A DNA stretch of 64,000 nt, taken from Bacillota bacterium (GTDB lineage Bacteria > Bacillota > Clostridia > TANB77 > CAG-465). The stretch covers positions 3,168 through 67,167 of the forward strand of contig JAEYPQ010000023.1 in the NCBI GenBank assembly GCA_023410645.1. The letters run 5' to 3'. Numbering within the stretch: position 1 is the stretch's first letter; each line of letters starts with the position of its first letter. This document shows, one piece after another, positions 28,894-39,739 of this stretch. Made by a program: the position numbers and the translations under genes. Under the pieces are notes generated by a model that did no database searches, was not told the DNA's origin, and saw only the letters and a list, made by a program, of their open reading frames with translations.

Positions 28894-30302
28894 ATGAAAA
28901 AAGGTATAAGTTTAATTGTTTTAGTAATAACAATAATAGTAATAATAATACTTGCTGGTGCAATAATTTTAAATTTAACAAATAATAATCCAATAGATAC
29001 AGCTAATAAATCAGTATTCCAAAATGATGTAAAAAGTTTTCAAGAAGAACTTACACTTAGAGTTTTAAAAGAAAAAACTGATATTAATAATGAAAGAGAA
29101 AAGATTACAACAACTGACTATGATGAAATAAGAGGATACATACCAAGTTTTAAGGAAAAATATAGGGATAAATTGTACATTTTTGAAGATGAAGTTGTTT
29201 ATTCAAATAATGTAGATGATAAAGAAAAGGATTGGCTAAAGGCAATAAATATTAAATCAATAGTTGAAAAAGGTACTGTTATTAAACCAATAACTACAGC
29301 AACTGTATTTACTAAAGGTACTGATAAACAAGTATCAGACTTTTTTACTATTATTGGTACAGAACAGGTTTCATATAAAGTAAATGGAAATGAAATAAAC
29401 AATTTGAATGAATTAGATGTTGGTGAAAATAAAATTATTTGTAGTGATATTACTAACACAGTTAGTGCTAGTGTAAACTTAAATATTATTGATAAAGAAT
29501 ATGCATTTTCATATACTGGAGATTATCAAATATATGAAGTAAAATATGATGGCATATATAAGTTAGAATGTTGGGGAGCAAGCGGTGGTGCAAGTAGAAC
29601 TGACAATAAAGGAGGTTATACATCTGGTAATATTGGTTTATTAAAGGGACAAATATTATATATTTATGTAGGTGAAGAAGGAAATGCTAATGTAGGAAAT
29701 GCAGGTGGACTTGCATCATACAACGGTGGTGGTGCTGGCGGTAATGGAAGTTCTGGATATGGCGGAAGTTATTCAGGTGGTGGCGCTACAGATATTAGAC
29801 TCGTACAAGGATTATGGAACAATACAGATAGCTTAGCATCAAGAATTATGGTTGCAGGAGCCCGGTGGAGGATCTGGTAATGGATCTGTATCAACTTCTG
29901 GATATGGCGGTGGATTAGTAGGTGGAAATGCAAGAAGTACTGGTGGTGGTGTATCATTAGGCGGAACTCAAACAACTGGATTTGCACTTGGAATAGGTCA
30001 AGTAGGAAAAACTAAATCTTCATATGCCGGTGGTGGTGCAGAAGGAAATGCAGGAGGAGGAGGCCGGATATTATGGCGGATATGCTTTTCAAGGAACTGG
30101 AACTAATTCTTGTTCCGGAGGTGCTGGTGGATCATCATATGTATCTGGAATGAGTGGATGTACAACATACAATAATTATGTATTTAATAATGGGATTACT
30201 ATAGCTGGTAATGCATTGATGCCAAATCCAAACGGTGGTGCCCAAGTAACTGGAAATTCTGGAAATGGTGTTGCAAAGATAACTATATTAAGTTTAGATT
30301 AA
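28894..30302 (+). pseudogene. Pilin-like secreted protein with a C-terminal ALK-type glycine-rich domain, disrupted by two +1 frameshifts (single-C insertions)
   Basis: Three consecutive ORFs in frames 1, 2 and 3 (28894-29880, 29852-30106, 30024-30302) give one continuous Gly-rich protein if one C is removed at GCCCGG (about 29860) and one at GGCCGG (about 30071). The N-terminus MKKGISLIVLVITIIVIIILAGA resembles a prepilin but lacks Glu+5. A CWGASGG motif is present. Confidence 0.6.
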
Positions 30303-30429
30303 AATTTGTAAAGGATGTTGAATTTGTTTTAACATCCTTTTATAATTAATAAAGAATTTGATAATTATATATAGAAAAATGTTGAAAAAAGATTTTATAT
30401 ATACTATAATTATTCAAGTGGTGAGATAT

Positions 30430-31701
30430 ATGATAGATTTTGCTAAGAGGAATGTTGACATGTATAAGGTATATCGTATGGTTGGATATGATTATTTATT
30501 TTATACTGTCATATCTTTTTTATTTTATAGTATAGCAAAGGGATTAAGTGTAGCACAGATATTATATTTATCTGGATTTTATGCTATATTTGTATCTGCT
30601 TTTCAAATACCTACAAATTATTTGGTAGAAAAGATTGGACTAAAGAAAAGCATAGTAATTGGAAACTTATTTTGGGTAATACATTGTTTTATATACATTG
30701 TGTCAAATGAATTTATATTTTTTGTTTTAGCTGAAGCATTTTGTGCATTTGGAACAACTCTAAAAAATTTATCTGAAACGCAAATGTTATATACAAGTTT
30801 AAGTAAGATTAATCAAAAAGAAAAATTTTCTAAAATAGAAGGTAGTGGAGTAGCATTATTTTATATTTGTGAAGCAGCTTCTGCTATTGTAGTTGGTTAT
30901 TTATTTAATTTTGATAATTATTTACCAATATATATTACATTTACAATACTTGTAATTTCATTTGTAATGTCATTGTTTTTTGTAGATGTTCAAGATAGAA
31001 GAACTAAAGTTACAGAAATAAATATGAAAGATTATATTAAAGGTATAAAGTTAGTACTTAAAAGTAACAGAGCAATTTCAATGTTTTTATATGGTTTCAT
31101 TATAAATGGGATTATTAACATATTTTCGACTGTTCAAAAGAGTTTACTTGTTGAATTAAATGTAGATACAATAAATTATTCATATATACTTGCGATATTA
31201 ACTCTTTGTGTAGGAATTGGCTCAAAAACACAGTTCATATTTGAAAAGGTTACTGGAAGAAAGACGCTTACTGTAATTGGATATATATTTACTGCAAGTA
31301 TGGTATTGCTTGGTGTATTTAATCTTTTATTTATTGATTCAGGTAATATATTAAATGTAACAATTACATTATTAGTAATATGTAATTTATTAATTGGTAC
31401 TTATAGAATATCTATAAAAAAATATATGAATAATTTTACAACATCTGAAACTAGAGGAAAAATACTTTCCATTTTTTATATATTTGAAAATATAGGAAGA
31501 GCTTCAATGGTATTTGTTGCTGGAATAATCCTTGATAATGCTGGTACTAGAATCACAACTATAATAGTAGGAGTATCTGTAACATTAATTCTTTATATTG
31601 TACTCAAATTTATGAAATCAAGACTGGGACTTAATCCAGAAGAATATAAGAGAAAAGATGTGTTTGGTCTAGATATTAATGAAGAATTAGAGGATGCATA
31701 G
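30430..31701 (+). CDS. MFS transporter
   Basis: About 12 TM helices. RBS GGTGAG lies before the ATG at 30430. The track's upstream start has no RBS. Confidence 0.7.
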   Translation: MIDFAKRNVDMYKVYRMVGYDYLFYTVISFLFYSIAKGLSVAQILYLSGFYAIFVSAFQIPTNYLVEKIGLKKSIVIGNLFWVIHCFIYIVSNEFIFFVLAEAFCAFGTTLKNLSETQMLYTSLSKINQKEKFSKIEGSGVALFYICEAASAIVVGYLFNFDNYLPIYITFTILVISFVMSLFFVDVQDRRTKVTEINMKDYIKGIKLVLKSNRAISMFLYGFIINGIINIFSTVQKSLLVELNVDTINYSYILAILTLCVGIGSKTQFIFEKVTGRKTLTVIGYIFTASMVLLGVFNLLFIDSGNILNVTITLLVICNLLIGTYRISIKKYMNNFTTSETRGKILSIFYIFENIGRASMVFVAGIILDNAGTRITTIIVGVSVTLILYIVLKFMKSRLGLNPEEYKRKDVFGLDINEELEDA

Positions 31702-31762
31702 TAAAATGTAATAAATAAAAAAGAAGATAACTTATATTATCTTCTTTTTTTGTTTAAATTTA

Positions 31763-32329
31763 TTATTTGTTATTTAACAATTTATCTTTAATATCTTGCC
31801 AATCATTTACTCTCTCGATACCTTGAATACCTAAATCATTATCATTAATATTTAAGTTATGATAAGCACTAAATAGTAATTTTCTATCTGAACCTTCTAA
31901 ATTATCAAGTTTATCATCTATTTTTATATCAAATTTTAAAATATTTTTATTGCTTATAAATATGTATTTATATGGATTTATGAAAGGCAAATGTTTTAAT
32001 AAATAATCATATTTTTGTAATAATATTTTTCCAGATTCATTTGGAATTTCCTTATAAATGTATGATGTACCAATAAAAACATCATAATGTTCATTTAGTT
32101 CTTTTAATACATCATAAGCGTCTGGTAACATTTCGCAATGATCATATAAATTATTTTCCAGAAAGTATTTGAAAAATTCATCTTTATTTGGTATAGAATC
32201 TTGCATATAAAAATCAGTAAAATCATTTTCTGTATAATTTGTTCCTAAAAAATTATTTATTAAATAAAGGAATCCACCTTTTACAATAACATCATCCATG
32301 TCAACCATAATTGTCTTTCTTTTATCCAT
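31763..32329 (-). CDS. HAD-family 5'(3')-deoxyribonucleotidase-like protein
   Basis: HAD motif I (MVDMDDV). The protein is 188 aa. Confidence 0.6.
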   Translation of the reverse strand: MDKRKTIMVDMDDVIVKGGFLYLINNFLGTNYTENDFTDFYMQDSIPNKDEFFKYFLENNLYDHCEMLPDAYDVLKELNEHYDVFIGTSYIYKEIPNESGKILLQKYDYLLKHLPFINPYKYIFISNKNILKFDIKIDDKLDNLEGSDRKLLFSAYHNLNINDNDLGIQGIERVNDWQDIKDKLLNNK

Positions 32330-32356
32330 ATAACCCCCGAAAAATTAATTATATTT

Positions 32357-33289
32357 TTATTTACTCTTTAATATATCTCCAGCAGCACCTAAAGCACCCA
32401 TTGCTTTTGTTGCATCAAAAGGAATAAATACTTTGTTTGCACTTCCTTGAGAAACCTTTTCTAATGCTTCTAAAGATTTAATTGCAACAAGATTTTGATC
32501 TGGTTTAGCATCCATTATAGCAGTATAAACCATTGTTATTTCTTTTGCTTTTGCATCTGCTACTTTTTTTATAGCTTCTGCATTACCTTCAGCTTCTAAT
32601 ATTCTTGCTTCTCTAACACCTTGTGCACGTCTAATACTAGATTCACGCTCTGCTTCTGCATCAAGTATAGTTGCTTGTTTTTTACCTTCAGCAAGAGTTA
32701 TATCAGCTTGACGTTTACCTTCAGCTTCTAATATTGCAGCTCTTTTGTTTCTCTCTGCATTCATTTGTTTTTCCATTGCATCTCTAATATCAACTGGTGG
32801 TTTAATATCTTTTATTTCAACACGTTCAACTTTACAACCCCATCTATCAGTTGCTTCATCAAGTATTTGTCTTAGTTGTGTATTAATTAAATCTCTTGAG
32901 CTAAATGTACTATCTAAATCCATTTTACCAACTATATCACGAATAGTTGTAATAGCAATATATGCTATACCTTTTTGTAAACTTTCTATTTCATATACAG
33001 CTTTTTCAGGTTCTGTAATTTGATAGAAAACAACAGTATCTATTGTTATTGTAACGTTATCTTTTGTTATTACACTTTGAGGAGTTACATCCATTGTTTG
33101 TTGCTTTAAACTAACAACAGCTCTTACTTTATCAACAAAAGGTAATATGAAGTTAAGGCCAGCTTCTGCTGTACTATTATATTTACCAAAACGTTCTATT
33201 ATGCGTACTTCTGATTGTCTAACCACTTTAATAGATGCAAGAGCAACTATTATAACGATTACTATTAAAATACCAAAAAATATTTCCAT
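32357..33289 (-). CDS. SPFH/band-7 (stomatin-like) membrane protein
   Basis: N-terminal TM segment followed by an SPFH domain (VRQSEVRIIERFGKY...) and a coiled-coil tail. Confidence 0.8.
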   Translation of the reverse strand: MEIFFGILIVIVIIVALASIKVVRQSEVRIIERFGKYNSTAEAGLNFILPFVDKVRAVVSLKQQTMDVTPQSVITKDNVTITIDTVVFYQITEPEKAVYEIESLQKGIAYIAITTIRDIVGKMDLDSTFSSRDLINTQLRQILDEATDRWGCKVERVEIKDIKPPVDIRDAMEKQMNAERNKRAAILEAEGKRQADITLAEGKKQATILDAEAERESSIRRAQGVREARILEAEGNAEAIKKVADAKAKEITMVYTAIMDAKPDQNLVAIKSLEALEKVSQGSANKVFIPFDATKAMGALGAAGDILKSK

Positions 33290-33308
33290 AAAATTTCCTC
33301 CTAAATTT

Positions 33309-33758
33309 TTAATCTTTGTTTTTCATTTTCTTTACTTTTAATTTAACTCCCTCAAGATCCTCAATAGTTACTTCAGTTCCTTCTTTTATAACTTTTGCTT
33401 CATCTGTAAATGCAGACCAAAGTTCACCAGAAACTTTTACTTGACCTGTAGATTCGAAAGGTTCAATATCTTTTATAACAATTCCAGTTTTACCAACTAT
33501 AGATTTGTTATTCATAGATACATCTTTTGTTTTGAACAATTTTTTTACAAGTGGTTTCATAAATAATATCATAATAGTAGTAGAAATTGCAAAAACTCCC
33601 AATTGCACAGGAAAACTTGCTCCCATTACTGCTGCAAGAAATGCTAGAAAAGCACCAATTCCTGGCCAAAACATTAAAAATGATATAGTAAATATTTCAA
33701 CTAAAAGAAATACACCACAAGCTATAAGCCAAAGAGCCCATATAGGTATTAGTGACAT
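33309..33758 (-). CDS. NfeD-family membrane protein, the partner of the SPFH protein
   Basis: TM N-terminal half plus a C-terminal OB-fold-like region. It lies immediately upstream of the SPFH gene in the same operon. Confidence 0.75.
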   Translation of the reverse strand: MSLIPIWALWLIACGVFLLVEIFTISFLMFWPGIGAFLAFLAAVMGASFPVQLGVFAISTTIMILFMKPLVKKLFKTKDVSMNNKSIVGKTGIVIKDIEPFESTGQVKVSGELWSAFTDEAKVIKEGTEVTIEDLEGVKLKVKKMKNKD

Positions 33759-33905
33759 ACATATTCCTCCTCTCTAGTGATATAAACTATAATATAATTA
33801 TACACTAAAAGTTACATAAATACAACATATTTATATTAGCTTTTTCAAAAAATAAACATTTTATGACAAAAGTAATTATATTAATTTATTTTTATAAAAA
33901 AATAG

Positions 33906-33934
33906 TTGACATATTTGAATAATTATGTTAATAT
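33906..33934 (+). promoter_or_regulatory. Sigma-A promoter of the ABC-2 exporter operon
   Basis: TTGACA, a 17-nt spacer, then TAATAT. Confidence 0.55.
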
Positions 33935-33939
33935 ATATG

Positions 33940-34066
33940 TTATATAGAGAGTGTGCATAAGCATTTTAGCGAGCTGCACAGCCGATAAGGTACACACATG
34001 AAAATATTTTCATAAAAGGAGTCTCAAGAAATTTGAGAAGCTTTTTATGAGAATATTTTTTTTCTG
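33940..34066 (+). promoter_or_regulatory. Structured leader: a 5-codon uORF (MKIFS, 33998-34015) whose stop lies in the 5' arm of an intrinsic terminator (34010-34063, T8 tail)
   Basis: The hairpin is TCATAAAAG..TCTCAA-gaaat-TTGAGA..CTTTTTATGA followed by TTTTTTTT. Upstream alternative pairing is possible between GTGTGCA and TGCACAG. Confidence 0.5.
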
Positions 34067-34127
34067 TTAATTATACAGAAAGAAGTGTATTCCTAAAAAA
34101 TAAAAATAATAAGGAAAGGTGATGTTT

Positions 34128-35090
34128 ATGCTAATTACTGTAAGGAATTTGAGCAAAGATTTCAAAATGAAAGTAAAGAAAAATGGAGGTTTTGCAAAAA
34201 AAGAAATTGTAAATGTAAATGCGGTAAAAAATGTATCATTTGAGATTAATGAAGGTGAAATTTTAGCTTTTATTGGACCAAATGGTGCAGGTAAGTCAAC
34301 CACAATAAAGATGCTTACAGGAATTATTCAACCAACAGATGAAAAAATAAAAGTCGCAAACTACAATCCATGTGTTCAAAGAAAGAGTTTAGCATATGAC
34401 ATTGGATGTATGTTTGGGCAAAAGTCTCAGTTATATTTGCATTTATCTGTAATTGATAGTCTTAGACTTCTTGGCAGTATATATGATATGGATAAAGTAA
34501 GATTAGAAGAAAGAATATCATATATATCAAAGTTGTTTAAAATTGAACATTTACTTGATTTAACAGTAAGAAAATTATCACTTGGGCAAAGAATGATATG
34601 TGAGATTGCGGCGTGTATTTTACATGAACCAAAGATTATATTTCTGGATGAACCGACTATTGGACTTGATATAATTGCAAAATTAAGAATAAGAGAAATA
34701 ATTAAAATGCTAAATGAAAAGCATAATACAACTATTTTTCTTACAAGTCATGATGTGGGTGATGTTGAAGCACTTTGTAACAGAATCATTGTAATAAATG
34801 AAGGCACAGTTATAATGGATAGTAGCATGAGAGAATTAAAAGAAAAATATCTTTCTAAGAAAATTGTTACTATATATTATGATAATGATATTCAAGTTAC
34901 TAATTTAAAATACGATGTTACATCAAAAGAACCAACTAAAGTAGTTGTTTCAGTTGATACAAACAAGGATAAAATTGGTGATATATTATCATATTTTACA
35001 TCTATTGGTAGCGTTGCTGATATACAAATAGATTCAACGCCATTAGAAGAAGTAATAAAAGAAATATATGAAAAGAGGTGCATCTTATGA
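34128..35090 (+). CDS. ABC transporter ATP-binding protein
   Basis: Walker A GPNGAGKST, the LSLGQRM signature and Walker B IIFLDEPT. The start could be 34119 or 34122 (plus or minus 9 nt). Confidence 0.85.
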   Translation: MLITVRNLSKDFKMKVKKNGGFAKKEIVNVNAVKNVSFEINEGEILAFIGPNGAGKSTTIKMLTGIIQPTDEKIKVANYNPCVQRKSLAYDIGCMFGQKSQLYLHLSVIDSLRLLGSIYDMDKVRLEERISYISKLFKIEHLLDLTVRKLSLGQRMICEIAACILHEPKIIFLDEPTIGLDIIAKLRIREIIKMLNEKHNTTIFLTSHDVGDVEALCNRIIVINEGTVIMDSSMRELKEKYLSKKIVTIYYDNDIQVTNLKYDVTSKEPTKVVVSVDTNKDKIGDILSYFTSIGSVADIQIDSTPLEEVIKEIYEKRCIL

Positions 35091-35857
35091 ACAAATACTT
35101 TGAGATATTTAAGTTTAATTTGAAATCTAAACTTAACTTTAAATTAAACTATATATTTACACTTTTCTCTTTCACAATTCATGTATTAGTGTTTAATACA
35201 TTATGGGATTTTATTTTAAAGGATAAAACTATTTTAGGATACACAAAGCCAGAACTTATCTGGTATATAATAATTGGAGAATTTATAATTTACACAACAT
35301 CTCACAACTATAAAAGAATTTCTTATATGATAAAAAGTGGAGATATTGTAAATTTACTTGTAAAACCTGTAAGCATGATAAAATATATACTTGCGGAAGA
35401 ACTTACTTGCGTAATAAACTTAAGTGTTAATTTGATTTTTGCTTGTATTCTTGGCGTTATAATGGCAGGTATTCCTCATATAACTCTAATTAATTTAATT
35501 GTATTTTTAGTATCGTCAATACTTGGAATAAGCATATGGATTGGAATAAATATATCTATTGGTCTATTTGCATTTATCACAGAGGAAAATGAACCTTTTT
35601 ATTTGATATTATCAAAAGGTGTATTGATCCTAGTTCTAACTCCACTTGAATTTTTTCCCAATATGATACAAAAAATATTATTATTTATTCCTACTACTTA
35701 TGTTTCATATCCTGCTTCAAAGAATTTTGTCCATTTTAATGTTAATCAAAGTTATAATTTAATTATAGGGCAATTGATATTTTTTATATTAATAATTATT
35801 TTTAATAATTTATTAAGTATGAAAGGAGAGAGAAATATAAATGTTAATGGTGGCTAA
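35078..35857 (+). CDS. ABC-2 family permease
   Basis: Polytopic membrane ORF that overlaps the ATPase stop. Confidence 0.6.
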   Translation: MHLMNKYFEIFKFNLKSKLNFKLNYIFTLFSFTIHVLVFNTLWDFILKDKTILGYTKPELIWYIIIGEFIIYTTSHNYKRISYMIKSGDIVNLLVKPVSMIKYILAEELTCVINLSVNLIFACILGVIMAGIPHITLINLIVFLVSSILGISIWIGINISIGLFAFITEENEPFYLILSKGVLILVLTPLEFFPNMIQKILLFIPTTYVSYPASKNFVHFNVNQSYNLIIGQLIFFILIIIFNNLLSMKGERNINVNGG

Positions 35858-36653
35858 AAGTATATTAAACAATTTAAGATTTTTTGTTAAAGCGGTTAAA
35901 TGTAGTATAAAATCCGCTATGGAATACAAAATTAGTTTTATAACACAAAGTATATTTATGTTTTTAAATAATGGAGTTTGGCTTCTTTTTTGGGGAATAA
36001 TATTTAATGTAAATGGTAGTGATATAAATGGTGTAACTTTTAATTCAATACTATACTTATGGTCACTTCCTGTAATATCATTTGGAATAGGATATTTTTT
36101 CTTTGGAGGTATGGATAATATAAGCAATTATATTATTTCTGGGCAAATGGATAGTTATATGCTTCAACCCAAACATCCACTTCTTAATGTACTTACATCA
36201 AAATGTAATTTTTCCGCATTTGGAGATTTAATCTATGGGTTAATAATTGGACTTTTTGCAGTAAATTTTGATATAGTAAGATATATAATATTAATTTTAC
36301 TTGGTGTATTGGGTTCTACAATATATATTTCAACAAGTGTAATTTTTAGATCAATATCTGTATGGTTTGGTGATACAGATGTTATAGCCAAAAAATACAC
36401 AGATACATTACTTACAACTTTTTCTATATATCCAGAACAAATCTTCAGTAGCACTATAAAGATAATATTATATACTGTTATCCCAGTAGGTTATATGGCT
36501 TTTATGCCAATTAATTTTGTAATTACATTTAATATAATATATTTAATTTATACTATAATTGGGTGTATTGTATTTATGATTGTTGCAATAATTGTTTTTA
36601 ATAAGGCAATGAAATGTTATGAATCAGGTAATACAATATCAATGAGAAACTAA
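35841..36653 (+). CDS. ABC-2 family permease (second subunit)
   Basis: Polytopic membrane ORF that overlaps the preceding gene. Confidence 0.6.
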   Translation: MLMVAKSILNNLRFFVKAVKCSIKSAMEYKISFITQSIFMFLNNGVWLLFWGIIFNVNGSDINGVTFNSILYLWSLPVISFGIGYFFFGGMDNISNYIISGQMDSYMLQPKHPLLNVLTSKCNFSAFGDLIYGLIIGLFAVNFDIVRYIILILLGVLGSTIYISTSVIFRSISVWFGDTDVIAKKYTDTLLTTFSIYPEQIFSSTIKIILYTVIPVGYMAFMPINFVITFNIIYLIYTIIGCIVFMIVAIIVFNKAMKCYESGNTISMRN

Positions 36654-36658
36654 GATAA

Positions 36659-36695
36659 AACCTATGAACTAATTAAAGTTCATAGGTTATTTATT
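36659..36695 (+). terminator. Intrinsic terminator
   Basis: AACCTATGAAC-taattaaa-GTTCATAGGTT followed by an AT-rich T run. Confidence 0.65.
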
Positions 36696-36776
36696 ACTAT
36701 ATTATAGACAAAACTAGACGTTAAAACACTTATTAAAACTGTTTAATCTATTAAAATAATATGATAAAATTAATAT

Positions 36777-39038
36777 ATGAAAAATAAAAGAAAATATTTA
36801 TTAATACTTTTAATTATTGGAATATTGATTATTCGATTTTGCTATATGTATTATTTATTTAATATTAAGTATAAGAATATAAGTGCTATAAAAATGAATG
36901 CAATGATTATAGAAAATCAGGAGATAAGTGAAGATAAAATATCTTATTTAATTGAATATGATAATAACAAATTTTTACTTAATATTTATAAAGATAAATA
37001 TAATTTAAATCAAAGTGAAAGTTTATATGATAAATTTGGAAAGCTAAAGTATGGAGATTTTATTGAGTTTACTGGTAATATTTCTGAAACTAAGAAATTA
37101 AATAATCCTTTTGAATTTGATTACAAAAGATATTTAAATTCTAATAATATTGTAGCTTCAATATCAACATATAGCGTTAAGAAAATTGGTAATAACTTTG
37201 GAAATATATTATATAGATTTTCATATTATCTAAAGGATTATATTAGCAAGAAGATTGATATAGTCTTACCACAAGATGAAGCTAATTTATTTAAGAGTAT
37301 AATGTATGGTGATGATAGGAATTTAGATGAAAATATAAAAGATATATTTGAGAAAAATGGAATTTTGCATATTATATCTGTTTCTGGATCACATATGATG
37401 TTGCTTATTACATTTATATCGATTTTAAAAAAATGTCTTAACAAATATTTATTCTTAGTGTTTAATTTATTCTTTATTCTTATATTTTGTATAATTTCTT
37501 CTATGCAACTTTCAGTGTTAAGGGCTGGAATCATGGCAATAATTCTAGTTGTTTTTAACTGTTTTGAATTTAAAATAAATATTTACAAAAGAATTTTACT
37601 TTCTTTTTTTCTACTTATTTTATATAATCCATATTGTATTTTTAATACTGGTATGCTTATGTCGTATGCAGCAGTTTTAAGCATAGTAGTATTTTATTCA
37701 CAAATTTACAGTTATTTTAATGTAAAGTTTTTTAAAGCAATGAAAATATCATATTTAAAGAAAAAGACTCCAAAACATTATATATATTTAATGTTTGATA
37801 ATATTAACAAACTTTTTTCATTAAATCTTGCAGTGCAAGTTCTGTTATTACCATTTGAAATTCAGTTATTTAATAAATTTGAACTTTCTTCGTTTATTTC
37901 TAATTTAATTGTAGTTCCAATAGTAACTTTTCAAAATATAATTGGCTTTTTAACATTGTTTTTTATTCATATACCTTTTATATCTGACATACTAATAAAT
38001 TCAAATTATATTATATTAAAAGTTATAATTTCCATATCTGACTTAATCTCAAAATTAAATATTTCAACAATATATATACCAGATCTAAGTTTTTTATTAA
38101 TTCTTTTATATTATTTTATAATTTTAATAAATAATTTCAAAAAATATATACTAGTTAGATTAAATAAAAAAATTAAAAATGTATTTAATAAAATAATATT
38201 TATAACAACATTTATAATATTTTTATTAATGTATCTAAATTACATGTATGTTGTTTACATAGAAGATTATATATACTTCTTTAATGTGGAACAAGGAAAT
38301 ATGGCACTAATTAGAGAACAAGGAAAGACTGTTATAATAGATATGGGATCTACAAAAGAAAAGGTAGCATCAAATATATTAAATAATTTTTTACAGGCAA
38401 AAGCAATTAAAAATATAGATTTAATTGTTCTTACACATATGCATACAGATCACATAAATGGAATTTTTGATTTAGATAAGGAAGTAGGTATAAAAAATAT
38501 TGCTTATTCGTTCCAAAAGGATAATTTAGCTTTAGAATATGTAAAGTTAAAAGAATATATTGAACAAAACAATATTGGGACCTTAATACTAGATCAATAT
38601 GATAATATAAAGTTTGGCGGTATTAACATAGATATACTATCACCATCAATAAATAAAAATATTTTATCTTCTGATTTGGCAAATTCAAATAGTGTTGTAT
38701 CACTTGTAACAATTAAAAATAAAAATTACTTATTTATGGGAGATGCTACAAAAGAAACTGAAAAATATGTGTTAGATAGTTTTAATTTTATTAAAAGTGA
38801 AGAAACTAAAAATATGATATTACAAAGATTACAAGATATATATGTTTTACAAGTTGGTCATCACGGCTCTAAGACATCTACTTCAAAATACTTTTTAGAA
38901 AATATTAAAGTAAAAAATGGAATAATATCTTCAAAAAAAAGTGTATATGGACATCCTTCAAATGAAACATTGGAAAATTTAGATGAATATAATATAAATA
39001 TACTTATTACGGAAAATTCAGGTGCAGTAAAATTTTAA
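36777..39038 (+). CDS. comEC: DNA internalization-related competence protein ComEC/Rec2
   Basis: Multi-TM competence domain plus a C-terminal metallo-beta-lactamase (LTHMHTDHINGI, VGHHGSK). The protein is 753 aa. Confidence 0.85.
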   Translation: MKNKRKYLLILLIIGILIIRFCYMYYLFNIKYKNISAIKMNAMIIENQEISEDKISYLIEYDNNKFLLNIYKDKYNLNQSESLYDKFGKLKYGDFIEFTGNISETKKLNNPFEFDYKRYLNSNNIVASISTYSVKKIGNNFGNILYRFSYYLKDYISKKIDIVLPQDEANLFKSIMYGDDRNLDENIKDIFEKNGILHIISVSGSHMMLLITFISILKKCLNKYLFLVFNLFFILIFCIISSMQLSVLRAGIMAIILVVFNCFEFKINIYKRILLSFFLLILYNPYCIFNTGMLMSYAAVLSIVVFYSQIYSYFNVKFFKAMKISYLKKKTPKHYIYLMFDNINKLFSLNLAVQVLLLPFEIQLFNKFELSSFISNLIVVPIVTFQNIIGFLTLFFIHIPFISDILINSNYIILKVIISISDLISKLNISTIYIPDLSFLLILLYYFIILINNFKKYILVRLNKKIKNVFNKIIFITTFIIFLLMYLNYMYVVYIEDYIYFFNVEQGNMALIREQGKTVIIDMGSTKEKVASNILNNFLQAKAIKNIDLIVLTHMHTDHINGIFDLDKEVGIKNIAYSFQKDNLALEYVKLKEYIEQNNIGTLILDQYDNIKFGGINIDILSPSINKNILSSDLANSNSVVSLVTIKNKNYLFMGDATKETEKYVLDSFNFIKSEETKNMILQRLQDIYVLQVGHHGSKTSTSKYFLENIKVKNGIISSKKSVYGHPSNETLENLDEYNINILITENSGAVKF

Positions 39039-39080
39039 AAAAATGTATAATTCTGCTAAAAAGACAAACCATATTAGTAG

Positions 39081-39677
39081 GTGATAGAATTGGAAATTAG
39101 TACAAAATATAGATTATTAATTATATCAGTTTTTTTTATATTACTTATTCTTGGTGTATATCTTGGATTTAAGTTTTCATCAAATCAAGAAGCTAAAGAA
39201 AATAATCAATCTGAGCAAGTAGTAAATAATAATGATAATGAAGATGATATTGATATATATGAAGAAGTATCAACTAAAACATATGATATAAAAGTTACAT
39301 ATGAAGATTATTATAGTTTATGTGGTCATACAATAAAAAACGAAGAAACTATTTATAACACGACTGTTGATAAAGTGAAGTCAGATATATTATCAAAAGA
39401 TGAAAATAAAAATTATGAAGTATCAGAAGAAACAAATGAAACACTAACATTGAAGAGAACCTTAGATAGAAATTGCCCAAATCATTTTGAAGTAAGATAT
39501 GAAAATGGAAGTATAATAATAGATACAATAGTTGATGAAACTATTAAAACAAGGTATAAAACAATTGATATACCACAAGAACTTATTAGACCGGAAATGC
39601 TTGAAGAATTAAATAATGGTATAAGAGTAGACAGTAAAGAAGAACTTAATCTTCTAATTGAAGATATAGAAAGTTAA
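39081..39677 (+). CDS. Hypothetical membrane-anchored protein
   Basis: ORF with a GTG or TTG start and an N-terminal TM helix. Confidence 0.45.
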   Translation: MIELEISTKYRLLIISVFFILLILGVYLGFKFSSNQEAKENNQSEQVVNNNDNEDDIDIYEEVSTKTYDIKVTYEDYYSLCGHTIKNEETIYNTTVDKVKSDILSKDENKNYEVSEETNETLTLKRTLDRNCPNHFEVRYENGSIIIDTIVDETIKTRYKTIDIPQELIRPEMLEELNNGIRVDSKEELNLLIEDIES

Positions 39678-39739
39678 TAAATTAATAATGAAACATAATT
39701 AAAAGTAATGAATATATATTCATTACTTTTAATTATTTA

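Noticed and set aside
32745-33023. 92-aa plus-strand ORF
   Set aside because: It is antisense inside the SPFH gene.
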